DNA from: Octopus vulgaris
Lineage: Eukaryota
Assembly: GCA_951406725.2 (NCBI GenBank)
Contig: OX597816.1
Coordinates: forward strand, 65,162,001-65,226,000
DNA: 64,000 nt
Reading direction: 5' to 3'
The position numbers and the translations under genes are program-made. The notes beneath the pieces are model-generated. The model did no database searches. It was not told the DNA's origin and saw nothing but the letters and a program-made list of their open reading frames with translations. This document shows, piece after piece, positions 12,620 through 24,879 of this stretch (positions within the stretch are counted from its first letter, which is position 1; each line of letters opens with the position of its first letter).

Positions 12620-13092
12620 GTGGTGAAAGAGTACAGCGGGGTTCACCACCCCTCCCCGCCAGAGCCTCGATGGAATTTGCACTCAGAACGTAAAGGCACT
12701 CATAATACCGCTAAGCAGTTCACCCGGCGTGCTAACGTTTCATATTTCTTTATTGCCCACAAGGGACTAAGCATAGAGGGGACAAACAAGGACAGACAAA
12801 GGTATTAAGTCGATTACATCGACCTCAGTACGCAACCGGTACTTAATTTACCGACCCCAAAAGGATGAAAGGCAAAGTCGAGCTCGGCGGAATTTGAACT
12901 CAGAACGTAACGGCAGACGAAATACCGCTAAGCATATCGCCCGGCGTGCTAACGTTTCTGCCAGCTCGCCGCCTTCAAAGGATTAAAGACAAAGTCGACC
13001 CCAACGGAATTTGAAGTCAGAACGTAAAGGTTGGACGAAATGTCGCTAAGTATTTTGCCCGACGTGCTAACGTTTCTGCCAGCTCGCCGCCT
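12620..13092 (-). mobile_element. Cluster of nested/tandem SINE pieces (GGCGGCGAGCTGG family)
   Basis: Full copy at ~12742-12975 plus head fragments ending GCCAGCTCGCCGCC. Confidence 0.88.
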
Positions 13093-13266
13093 ACGTATCC
13101 ACATATACTGTTGAAGCAAGCACGGCATACATCACAAGACTCATACTTAGTTAATTTAAAAAACAATACTCACTCACACTCTGACTAAAATTTCAAATTT
13201 GCAACCAACTTTTACATGAAAACACATATCAGTTAATAAACGAACATGCACTATATTATGTATGGG

Positions 13267-13380
13267 TGGAGGCGCAATGACCCAGTGGTTAAGGCAGCGG
13301 TCTCACGATCGTAGGATCGCAGTTTCGATTCCCAGACCGGGCGTTTTGTTTATTGAGTGAAAACACCCAAACTCCATCAG
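13267..13380 (+). mobile_element. SINE head fragment (55860 family)
   Basis: GTGGAGGCGCAATGACCCAGTGGTTAAGG...GTTTCGATTCCCAGACCGGGCG. Confidence 0.8.
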
Positions 13381-13589
13381 TCAGCTTTATGTATCAATAG
13401 ATGGCGCTCATCACTTCGACAGATGAACAAACACACAAGTACACACTCTCTCCCTCTCTCTCTCTCTCACACACACACACACAGATAAATTCGGTCGCAT
13501 ATATGTAGTGTATATGTATATGTGTTTTGTTCATAGGGAGCTTTCCCAGGACGCTATCCTGCAGCAAAATGGCGTATAAATGAAACATA

Positions 13590-14462
13590 CACGAGGTGGT
13601 ATCCAAAGGTTCCCGGACTAGTTCTGAAGTGTACCAACAGATGGCAGCACACAGTTGCGTGCGCAAGGGGAGCTAGCAGTGACCTTCATGAGATGGTGTG
13701 CCAAGTGACATCGCTGTGTTTACTTCGCAAATTGAGCAATTTGTGTACGCTGACTTACATCTCTTCCTCAAGATGAAAATGCAACTCAAAGATCGCCGTT
13801 GTCGAGATCCAGAGTGGATCGCAGATCTTCGACTCGCTTACGGAAAGTAACTTCCAGGCCGGATTTCAAAAGCGCAGGAACGCTGGGACAGGTATAATCT
13901 TGCCCAAAGTGAATATGGAAATGATGTTAAAACTTATGTAAATAAATTATCGGATCTTTTCGGTTTGAACGGCAGTTTTTTCTAGCGGTGTCATATGAAA
14001 TTGTCACCCATAATTATGACCTTAGTATCAATTTATTGCATTTCAATCTGTTTTAGAGTCAGGGTTAGTTAGGGTTAGTGAGGGTTAGTAAGGGTTAGTA
14101 AGGGTTAGGGGTGGGGGGAAGGGTATCTTTTTTTCTTCAGAAATGTAAATAAACCCAATCTGTTTCTTAAACGAGGGACATATACATACGGCACAGAATG
14201 TTTTCATCTCAATAGACGGTCATTGATTGGCTGAAATTGCAGAAATTGAAGAAAAAAAACAACAAATATCTTACAAGTTATAGAATTTTCTCAATAAAGC
14301 CAAGAGAAAAAGATGTTTTATAAACACATTCTACCAGTATATGAAATTTAAAATTTTTTAGTTAACTAGAAATTATGTTAAAAACTGCCGTTCAAACCGA
14401 AAAGATCCAAATTATCTTTAATTAAGCATAAATAGTCCGGGAACATTTTGATACCACATATG
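13590..14462 (+). mobile_element. Internally deleted Tc1/mariner element (interrupted by a MITE)
   Basis: TIRs GTGGTATCCAAAGGTTCCCGGACTA / TAGTCCGGGAACATTTTGATACCAC with TA flanks; transposase C-terminal remnant ADLHLFLKMKMQLKDRR and ..QERWDR. Confidence 0.8.
13952..14408. mobile_element. MITE with perfect 28-bp TIRs and 8-bp TSD (Merlin-like termini)
   Basis: TIR GGATCTTTTCGGTTTGAACGGCAGTTTT at both ends; TSD AAATTATC at 13944-13951 and 14409-14416; internal (AGGGTTAGTN)n. Confidence 0.92.
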
Positions 14463-14481
14463 TATATGTATATATGTGTAT

Positions 14482-14512
<31 letters not shown>

Positions 14513-14759
14513 CACACACAAGCACACACACGCACACACAAGCACACACATACAAGCACACACAGTTTTTACGAGCTGTCTTTCTCTCGTTGACGTATAA
14601 CTGTGAGCTGTACGAAACTCAAATATCAGGAGCAAAATGAAAAGTAATATATCTATATCTAGTTTATTATATTGCATTATATTTTTGCATATGCAATTGT
14701 TTGTAGTACATGCGTGGGGACAGCGTGCATCTCTACTCACATGTGTATGTGAGTTTGGT

Positions 14760-15900
14760 GAATTGTTAACGAGGTAGAAACTTGAATGTCTATAGAAATT
14801 ATGGAAGTAATTTAATTAAATACGTAAATGCTCTGTTATAGTTGTGTAGTGAATGGAATGTGAAATTTAATGCAATATTATATACATTCAATTTTGTTAT
14901 GAAGAAGGGAACACATGTTAAGAATAAAGTATAGATATATTTCGTTCAGAAGTTTTATCACGAATGCGCACGCTTATGATTGCTTGACAGCTAAGAGAAG
15001 AATCTTATTCCAAATGAAGAGATGTCAAATGTCATACAAACTTTATTTTAATGTTCTTTGATGGTTTTGCTATTGAAAAGAAGGGGAAAAAAACAGCTAC
15101 GAAAATAGATTTTAAACAATTTCATAACTTCTCTTATAAAGGAATATTTTTGTATTTTAAGAAAATTCAATATTCTCTGTTTACGCAAAAGATCGAAAGG
15201 TGATTATGTTATTTAAGGAAAATAGGAAAGACAATAACGTTGAATGTACTTTGATGGAAATAGATTTAATGATATAAATAAACATTTCAAATATAATACA
15301 AAAAAAAAGCAATATCCAGTAAGAAAACAATCAGCTCTTCTTTTAATATTTTCTCTTTATTTTTTCTATTAATGTTACCTCGAGCGTATCTTCTTATAAT
15401 TTGATTTCTTCCGTATTGAATTGCACTCTCAAACAAATACCAAATGCAGTTATTGTTTGATTTATAACTCTTCCTATTCTCTAACAAATGTAATGTTATT
15501 TCATCTCAGTTAAGAGTCGTCCTATGAATTATATAACATGGCAGAACATGTTACTGAATGCAGTGAGTAATATCAGATATCTTATACAAAAAGGGTTGCC
15601 GCTGTCTAGAAACTGTGTATTGAAACTGAAACAACTATATCGTGGAAGAAAACCATTTCAGCTATCTGAAAAAAATATACAAAATAAATTTGATAAATTT
15701 ACTTCTCGTTTGTTTTATCAGATAAACACTGAATTTAACAGGGGTTTTTTTGTAGATGGTTAAAATGTTTATTTGATGATGTAAATTGTTGATCCAAGAG
15801 ATTGGCCTATCATTCGTAGAGACAACCTGACGACAACAATGCTGAGCCTTCATCCAGAAACGAATGTAAATAGTTTGGAAGAAATTCTTACAACCGTAAC
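14760..15900 (-). pseudogene. Decayed iGluR/IR-like gene, copy 2: S1-M1-M2-M3-S2
   Basis: RMIGQSL (cf. GMIGEL); SVYLIKQ...FFR*LKWFSSTI*L (cf. FSFL.PFS..IWL); NNCIWYLFESAIQYG (cf. NSLWF..G...QQG); KVHSTLLSFL (cf. YTANLAAFL); AFVIKLLNE. Confidence 0.6.
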
Positions 15901-16699
15901 CAATTAGTCATGTCATTGTAGATTTTGTATTTCTAGTGACCCAATAACTGGTTCACTCGTGAAAAAGGTATGCATAACTTTGGTAGATTAAAAACCAAGT
16001 GTGGTTTTTGTTCAGATACAATAATTTTGATATTTGGGGATTGTTACTTGTTGTGGTACGTGTTTCACTGATATATATAGGCGAAAGATATACGTATACA
16101 TACACAATGGTTTCCGCACACATTACATGTAACAAATTTTACTCACAAGGCGTTCTTTAGTATCAGATACTTACTCATAGTGCTGTCGAATAGGATCGAA
16201 CCGGGAATCACATCGTTTTGCAACAGACATTTTAACCACACAGCAGTGCATACTCAGTTTGTTTCACTTTTGGCCACCTCCAGGCTTGGAAACCATTAGC
16301 GTTTTTGCTCATCTGCTGAGGGAGCCTTTAAATGACTTAAAGATCGATTTATTTGGTTAAAACTCCCAATGGTGTCGACAGATCATTCATTGAAACCCCA
16401 GAAGTGAAACGGAAACCTGCGCATGCAATAACGAACCGTCAACTGCTAGGGTACGAAATTCTTCTGACAACAATAATATATGTTACTGAAATAGGATCGC
16501 TCATATGACAAATAGAAAAATTATAGTAATCATACTGTATTCGCAAGTCAAAATGATTGCTTGGGAGAATTGAATTCAGTAATGTAGAGCGGTGGAAGTA
16601 AATAGAGCATGTGTGTTTTATTTGCACTACACAATTCGTGTTATAACATATATAAGCGTGCGAACATGTGTGTATAGATAGACACAAAGAGAGAAAGCT

Positions 16700-16707
16700 A
16701 GATAGAC

Positions 16708-16799
<92 letters not shown>

Positions 16800-16916
16800 G
16801 TGGAAGGATATACAGTACATAGATGGATAAATTAATAGACAAATAAATAGACTTATAGAGAGTCGGGAAGAGAAAGATAGAGAGAAAGTTAGTTGGATAA
16901 ATAGATACATACATAC

Positions 16917-17000
<84 letters not shown>
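16700..17000. repeat. (TAGA)n microsatellites
   Basis: Directly visible. Confidence 0.95.
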
Positions 17001-17494
17001 GTCACCATATTAATATTTCCATCTGTTGGTTTTAAAATACGTTTTTCTTGGAGTTCTCGTGGCTAAATTTGCACGAAACACCTATAAATCACCAGTTTAA
17101 TATGTCAGTAAAATTGTCATATAAATAATATGAACGGAAGTTAGTTGTGTGAACACGAAACGATTCAAGCCATAGACACTGATATTTCTGATATTGTATT
17201 TATTCTGTATTTTGATAGGAAAATGTAATTTATTTTAAGATTAAGAGTGCAGAACGATTACAGGTTTAAGCAATTTGTTTCCAGTTCTATGTTTACAGTT
17301 ATATTCTGGCAGGGTTCTTTTAGCTTCTCAATTATGGTTAGATATTTTATTTATACATTTACTTTTGCCATTCTTTCTAGGCTTTATCATTTTATGAAAT
17401 CTCTTTATAGATATGTGTATGTATACAAATTGTGGAGCAACACACATGTGCATCTGTTGTACACATAGATAATCAAAGGGAAACCTATTATCTT

Positions 17495-18340
17495 AACATA
17501 CTTCATGTTATCACGAGTTCCCATCACTTATTCAGTTGATAAATTAAGAACCGGCCTACTTTCACTTTCCATCAATATCAACAGTAAATTATCAGTTATC
17601 GCTGACATATTTTCTGATTTTGACACATATAATAAACTTATAAACCTACGCCATGATTTATATCCGGCCATTCACATAGGTTTTTCTGAAAGTATACTCT
17701 TAAAGAAGAAATGACAATAATTAATTAATATATTCTCAGAACACGATTTCAACATATCTGTTCAATTCCTGCTTCGCGGAGACCTAATCTCATAACTGTA
17801 CATCTGTACTTTAGAATATATTTTATGAGGTTAGATTTCAATGTAAATGCTGCATCTCAGATAAACCGATCAAAATATAATTGATAAAACTTGGGTTCAT
17901 TCATTTCTGGACTCGCTTAAGTATATCTAGGCTGAGAAATATATTGATTAACGATGTGCAATGGTGAGATGTCCCTGATTGAAGTAAGATACTGTACAAT
18001 ATATTATTGTGTGTATATCAATGGTTATTGCGATTAATATACAAGGTGTAGTGGATTCAAAGTGTACGGTTTTCAATATTTAAAGCAACCGATCGATATT
18101 TCTAGTTGCGATCGGAAACAAGTTTTACAAGTTTTGCCGATAGAAAGATAAGAGCTCATCATTTCATATACATAGTAGATTGGATGAGTTTATTACAGTC
18201 AAGAACAAACATTACTTACAGTAACAGGTTTTGTCGAGATAACCAATGACTCAAAGCTTTGCAATTATAACTTCTCCAATCTTATTTTCAGTCAGTATAT
18301 CTCTAGTACAACATTATCCAAAATTTCCTGCTTTGTTTAA
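17495..18340 (-). pseudogene. iGluR-like copy 2: ATD remnants
   Basis: VMFVLDCNK at ~18215-18188 (ATD R/H-VxLDC motif); ELVIT followed by a GTATGT donor near 17500. Confidence 0.4.
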
Positions 18341-18412
18341 AATACTAGGCTGTAATTGAAAGTCTATTGTTATGTCTACCAAATCGAATAACGACTTTGA
18401 ATCTTCCCACTT

Positions 18413-18835
18413 TGTTTCCTGGGTTTTATAGACGTAATACTGTATTATTTGAAGACGCATCGCTCAGTGGTTAGAGTGTTAGGCCCACAGTCATGCGGTA
18501 GTGGATTCGAATACCGGACCGGGCTGCGGATTGTGTTTCCTGGGTTTTATAGACGTAATACTGTATTACTTGAAAACGCATCGCCCAGTAGTTTGAGCGT
18601 TAGGCCCTCATTCATGCAGCAGTGGTTTCGAATACCGGACTGGGCTGCGGATTAGGTTTCCTGGATTTTATAGACGTAATACTGTATTATTTGAAGACGC
18701 ATTGCTCACTGGTTAGCGCGTTAGGCCCACAATCATGCGGTAGTGAGTTCGAATACCCGACCGGCCTGCGAGTTGTGTTTCCTGGGTTTTATAGACGTAA
18801 TACTGTATTACTTGAAGACGCATCGCTCAGTGGTT
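18413..18835 (+). repeat. Tandem array (~3.5 x ~121 bp) built from a SINE tRNA-like head plus flank
   Basis: Units begin TGTTTCCTGGGTTTTATAGACGTAATACTG at ~18413, 18534, 18655 and 18776, each with GCTCAGTGGTTAG and a B-box-like GTTCGAATACC. Confidence 0.9.
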
Positions 18836-18904
18836 ACTTACCACACAGCCACTCCTACGCCTAATAATTAGTTAATGCAAAATATAAATTACTTTTTCAT
18901 ATAG

Positions 18905-19315
18905 ACGTAGGAAAGGCTGTGTGGTAAGTAGCTTGATTACGAACTACATGGTTCCGGGTTCAGTTCCACTGCGTGGCACCTTGGGCTAGTGTCTTCTACT
19001 ATAGCATCGGGCCAACCAAAGCCTTCTGAGTGGATTTGGTAGAGGGAAACTGAAAGATGCGCGTCGTATATATGTATATATATGTATGTTTGTATATGTT
19101 TGTGTGCCTGTGTTCGTCCCTTCAACATTGCTTGACAACCGATGATGGTGTGTTTACATCCCCGTAACTTAGCGGTCCGGCAAAAGAGAACCGATAGAAT
19201 AAGTACTAGGCTTACAAAGAATAAGTCCTGGGGCCGATGTGCTCGACTAAAGGCGGTGCTCCAGCATGTCCATAGTCAAATGACTGAAACAAGTAAAAGA
19301 GTACAAGAGTAAAAG
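18905..19315 (+). mobile_element. Full-length tRNA-derived SINE with internal TA/TG tract
   Basis: GGCTGTGTGGTAAGTAGC head, GGTTCAGTTCC B-box, CORE-like CACCTTGGGC..GTGTCTTCTAC, AAGTAAAAGAGT tail. Confidence 0.9.
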
Positions 19316-19591
19316 CATGATTAGATAAGTGGAAAAACGGGAATCCATGGGAAGTTTAGATTAGAATTAATAATGTAGGGACCGTAATAGTTCTTGTACA
19401 CCAATAACTATCTATTTGCTGCTTTTAACAACATACACATCATTGCGAGCATTTCGATTCGGACATCCGGTCATGGAATAGCTTTCCTTCCCTTCTACCA
19501 TACTTGGCGATCTTAAAAATGGCAGAGATGTGACGGTTTCCATACGTTGTGTTCTAATATGTTAGTCTGCTGCCGATATCTATGTTTGTTT

Positions 19592-19822
19592 AGGGCGGCG
19601 AGCTGGCAGAAACGTTAGCACGCCGGCCGAAATGCTTAGCAGTATTTCGTTACGCTACGTTCTGAGTTCAAATTCCGCCGAGCTCGACTTTGCCTTTCAT
19701 CCTTTCGAGGTCGATTAAATAAGTACCAGTTACGCATTGGGGTCGATGGAATCGACTTAATCCCTTTGTCTGTCCTTGTTTGTCTCCTCTATGTTTAGCC
19801 CCTTGTGGGTAGTAAAGAAATA
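19592..19822 (+). mobile_element. Monomeric SINE (GGCGGCGAGCTGG family) with 17-bp TSD
   Basis: TSD GATATCTATG(T/G)TTGTTT at 19575-19591 and 19823-19839. Confidence 0.92.
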
Positions 19823-19959
19823 GATATCTATGGTTGTTTGACGAAATTAAGGTAATTCTGATCAATTTTTACGGATATTTGGCAATGACGTTTATTTAAA
19901 TTGCGGTGATTCTGCGTAGACAGGTGACTGTTGACACCTCATATGATACGAGATTATTT

Positions 19960-21535
19960 ATTAACCAGTAGAGATACCCGGTTTTGGGATTAAAATGACA
20001 TAGTTTGTATATGTTTTATAGTTATGTTGAAAGATGTAATATGGAAAGTACAGCATTGATGACAAAACATTTATGGAGTAAATGATGGGCTAATTCGACT
20101 AAGCGACATGTCATGCATCCGTTTAGAGGATTCCAGGCCCTAATCTGTCGTGGGAAATTGGGAGTGACATGTAGGTGACTTTTGAATGCACTGAAAAGCT
20201 GTCAGTGGATATCCGCTCCTTTGAGGCGGTCGGCTCTGCGTCTATCACGACCCATTGTAAGGTTGACAATTGAATGAATGTAGGTGTAATGGAAATATTG
20301 TACGTAAATGAGTACACTCCGGAAAGGGGCTGCAATGGGAGACGGCAAAGGGAAAGTGAACCTTTGAAATGTTGCTGAAAGCGAAGGGTTAACATTGGAT
20401 TGCTGGTGTGGCTGTATAATAAGAAACATAAACTGAGCCAATGCAGTCACATGTGATTAAGGAGTAATGAGGTTAGTGGGAGTAACTGGAGAATATGCTT
20501 TTATACTGAAGTCCATGAAGGGAAGTGCTTTGTTGGTACAGTCTTCGGGTTTGTTGGTATTATGCTGAAATGGTATCCATCTTCACCATTTACAAAGCGC
20601 AGTGGATACTGGAGTGCATCGTAGGATGTAGTAATTCCTACAAAATCTCTTGGTAAACAATATTTTTTATATTTTCTCTTGTAGAACAAATGCAAATAGA
20701 TTTTTGTTTTGTGTCCCACTCTAGAGCAGCCAGCATTTAATCGCTCATGTGAGAAGCATAACTCTTCCAAGTGAAGTTCTACCACAGACAGCGTTTGACC
20801 CTGGGATTTAGTGATAGACATTGCGAAGCTGATACGAATAGGAAATTGCACTTTTCTGAATGAAAAAAGGAATTTCTGGTCCTAATGGAATGAGAGGAAT
20901 TGTGGGTATGAAAACATCCTCTGCTTTTTCACATTCTGAAAGAATGGTGGCCTCAATAACATGTGACAACATCTTCTTTACAACCAGGCGTGTCCCATTT
21001 TAGAGCGTTGGTGGTTCCAAACTCCTTAATAATGTTACTGGAGTTTCCAATTTCACTTCCAATCTGTGGGGAGGTAGTCCTGGAGGCTCCAAAGAATTGA
21101 GAAATTCTGTTGGATAATTTACCACTTCTTCTGGATCTGCGATTGTATCAACTGATTTATAGATGTGAGGACTTCCAAGAAGGTACTGCAGCAGTTGTTC
21201 ATAAATTTTACTTACAGTGCTGTTTGTTTGGAGCGAATTAGGATTGTGATAATTTTTTAACCAATGGAGGTAAGGGAGACAATCAATTTCTGAAAGCTAT
21301 TTCGCAAAATGTTTCTTCCTTTCTCCACATAACACAGGAATGGCTGTTTTCTGCTCTCAGGGGACCCGTTCCTCATTATGCGAAAACTTTTAAGAGCCTA
21401 AAACCATCTGTGAGACATAAGTAATGTATGTTCCCAGATTGGAGAAAATCAGTTGAAAAATACGCCCGTTATAATCTTTTACACACATACACCCCCCACA
21501 CACACACACATACCGAATGGGGTTTATATTACAGG
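19960..21535 (-). mobile_element. Helitron/Helentron relic with Pif1-helicase fragment
   Basis: NYPTEFLNSLEPPGLPPHRL...NGTRLVVKK (21120-20980); QFPIRISFAMSITKSQGQTL...CSRVG; end KNIVYQEIL*; SYDALQYPLRFVNGEDGYH. Outer limits inferred from ACCAGTAGAGATACCCGG and a DINE/HINE-like segment at 21400-21530. Confidence 0.85.
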
Positions 21536-21649
21536 TTACGTTAATTACATATCGCTTACAAAACTTAAAATAACACGTAAGATTATATATTTAAATATAT
21601 TTATACCTAATCTGAAACGTTTGGACTATAACATTGTCTTTTCCCTTTT

Positions 21650-22030
21650 CATTCCCGTCGGGAATCGAAACAGAATACTGGATTCTGATAGGCAAGAAAT
21701 CCTCTACTACTTTATTCATTCCCTCCATTGTTCTCAACTACTATTTATACTGATTACTCTGCGTAAAATAGGTCAATTCAAATTAAGGCTTCACCGATAA
21801 TTAAGTGATACAAGCGAGTTTGATTAATTAGAATTTCAAATATTACATATAACTAAAATAGATAGACAAATGAAATTAGCTGATGTCAATTTTAATTAGG
21901 GTTATATTGAGCATTCAATTATATTCAACTCTAAATTCATACTAACAGCAAATGATATCTTCATCCCGGTTCTGTTTACATCAAACTGACGTGGAAATTG
22001 CTTTAAATGGTGTCAATACAATGGAGGATT
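21650..22030 (-). pseudogene. iGluR-like copy 2: probable N-terminal ATD remnant
   Basis: SLNLN*PILRRVISI...EQWRE (cf. INL.P..L.RA..DL...Y.W). Confidence 0.35.
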
Positions 22031-22317
22031 TTGTTTGCTTTTTTTCTCTTTGTACAGAATGGAGTTAGAGTGATTGTTATTATTGCTATCTTTCTTCCTA
22101 AAAGGGGGGGGAGAATATAATTATCCTATTCAGAGTTCTCAATAAGGCCCTGAAAGTATTTGCACCTTTTAATGAATGTGAAAGAGTTGTATTGAACTAT
22201 TTCATTAAACTGATAGCATAATGGTTTCTATACATCCCTATAGAGATAAGCGCATCCACACACATACACACACATACACACACAAACATGCACACACATT
22301 CATGCATACAAACATAC

Positions 22318-22369
<52 letters not shown>

Positions 22370-22391
22370 CTACACACACACACACATGTGA

Positions 22392-22429
<38 letters not shown>

Positions 22430-22699
22430 CTCGCTCTGAGATTTATCATTATATATATATATATATATAAATATATGTGTATATGTATACATATAAATAT
22501 ATATGCATATATATGAGTGTGTATCTCTCTGTCTCTCTGTCTCTCCCCCTCTTTCTCTCTCTTTCTCTGTCTCACTCTCTCTCTCTGTATGCACATACAC
22601 ACCCAGACACACACATACACATTATACGTGCGTATGCGTCTTCTCATGTGACTTTACAAAAAGTACCCCGTTCTCTAGTTGCTGTTTGGTTAGTGTAGC

Positions 22700-23254
22700 A
22701 TGCTATCAATCCCCATGGTGAATTGAGATATAATGAAAGAACCCTTCTCATACAAGCAATAAAATAAAGTATACAACTCTATTGTTATAAAATAAGCGAA
22801 AGGCAAGTAAAAAAGAGGTACTTTTTGAAAAGTAACCTGAGGAGGTGCATTTAAACTTACAATGCATCTCACCTAAAATATATCGGTACATGTTAGGTCG
22901 AAACGATCGTAGTTGTTCTGAATAAAGTGTCTCGTGAATTTCATTTTATATCTGTCATATGTTTCATATGAGCTCCAGTGACACCAAGGATTTCCTGAAG
23001 TAAATCCACTAATATACATCCAGGGTGCCTTCATTGGACTTTCAGTATCAACAACGGGGTATTTTTGTATGTATGTATGTGTGTATGTATGTATGTATGT
23101 ATGTATGTATGTATGTATGTATGTATGTATGTATGTATGTATGTATACGTGCAGATTTGTATGTTCTGTTTGCATATCAAGACATCCTCATATATATACT
23201 TAAATGATAAATTTCTGGAAAGTTTTACAGGTTTTTAGTTCCAGTGATGGCTTG

Positions 23255-23286
<32 letters not shown>

Positions 23287-24310
23287 TGTATGTATGTATG
23301 TATGTATGCATGCATGTATGTTTGCATGCATGTATATTTGTGTACTTAGGGTAGTCTTCCGCATTTCCTGAAGAATCATCTTGCAATAGCGCACGACAGG
23401 GCTGATCTCTTGTATTGCATGTATAAGCTACCCGACGGACTTTTGTTCAGTCTCCGTCTCTGGAATTTCCACTCACAATCCTTAGTTCAAACTAAGGCAA
23501 TGGTAAAAGAGCACTTACCCAAGATACCATACAGCACGATCGAAACTAGCTTCTAGTGATTTCGAAGCGGACTTTTTAATCATTCAGTCATGCTACGTCC
23601 ACCTTGAAACAGAAAAGGACATGTATATTAGCTAATCACAAATTAACAATTAAATATCTTACAAAATCAATCTCAAAAGAATCATCCCCTTCAAACGACA
23701 TAAAAGTAAGACATTGAACGTCATAGAACATCAAACCACATAGAAGTAAGCCATTGAACTTACCAATGTAGTCTAGAAATTTCAATGAAAATATGATAGT
23801 TGTATGCTTCAAGACTCAGAACACAACCAGACGATTTTTCTTCTAATGATTATGCATTTCCAACAAGGAGGCATTACAAGATATTATGATGTTGAAAAAC
23901 AAAGTATACTAGAGAAAGTTTAATTCGTTTGTATCACTATCGTTCAATCTATAAAAGAAAACTAAAGATTTAAGTGTGGAGTTTTTATTAAAAATAAAAA
24001 TCTAAGGGAAAAATTTCGTCACCCGATACAGCTCGCTTGTTATATGCTACGAAGGCATTTAAGTAACTTAGATTAATTTTAGATCCGGTGATAATGATTT
24101 GATGACCAACAGCATTATTCCTAAGATCCCTTGCTGCTTACATCAAAAGTGCTGCCATAAATGCATCAGCATCATTACTTTATTCAGAAGATGAAACCGA
24201 GATGTAGAAATATCAAGGAACTTTGGAACGTTTCGTGCCAAACTTTACAGGAAGGCTGTTTGAGAAATTAAGAAAATATCTTGAAGAAAAATATACTGAT
24301 TTGGAAGATG
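22700..24310 (-). pseudogene. Decayed iGluR/IR-like gene, copy 3: S1 to M4
   Basis: HITSELYRVTKF (cf. TITSERE.VIDF, ~24045-24012); LIKTP...FSFID; YISGFTSGNPWCHWSS...DLTC (cf. YGIG.P.GSPW...C); QVTFQKVPLFYLPFAYFITIE (M4-like). Interrupted by (TATG)n and a SINE piece. Confidence 0.6.
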
Positions 24311-24879
24311 TCATGTTTTTAACGTTATGCATTCGAAAGAAAAGTTGCTATACACACATATCCACACATATACACACACATACACACACACTAACACACA
24401 TGTGTGTATGTATGTATATATGTATGTATGCGTGCATGTGTATTTGAATGTATTACGTATGTTTGTCAATGTGCATAAATGTGTACTTATGTATGAACAA
24501 AAATGAGAGAAAGAAAGATATAACGTTTCATTTTCATCATAAATGCGTAAGAGATACGCAGAGGGAATGAGGGAATGTTGCCAAGATATCACGAGAAAAC
24601 ATATGATGTTTCTAAATATCAACAGACAGGAACTAGTTTGATTTCTTAGCAGACAAGCTGTAAAGAAATAACGAATGATAACAACTGTCTGGTTGAAAAT
24701 GACGTAAAGGTCTTAATTGGAAATAATATATTCTATTTGCTATCAAAGTATTTTTATTGTTGTAAAGTAGTGGTGATAAGCAAAGTTGTGTGGTTAAGAT
24801 ATTTGCTATGCAACAAAGTGTCTGTTGGTTCGATCTGACTGTACACCTCTTGTAGAACAAACGCTCATGAATGAATTGT

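Noticed and set aside
14061-14110. Interstitial telomere
   Set aside because: The units are 10-bp variants inside a TIR/TSD-bounded MITE, not a (TTAGGG)n array.
15620-15670. Rescue of in-frame TAG (expected TGG) by A-to-I RNA editing
   Set aside because: Editing could fix single TAG codons but not the many frameshifts, other stops and TE insertions.
16310-16380. Hammerhead-like CTGCTGA-GGGAG...CTCCC
   Set aside because: Core A6 is mutated and GAAA is absent; too degenerate to call.
18413-18835. CRISPR array or tRNA gene cluster
   Set aside because: Whole units are repeated with no unique spacers, the context is eukaryotic, and there is no complete cloverleaf.
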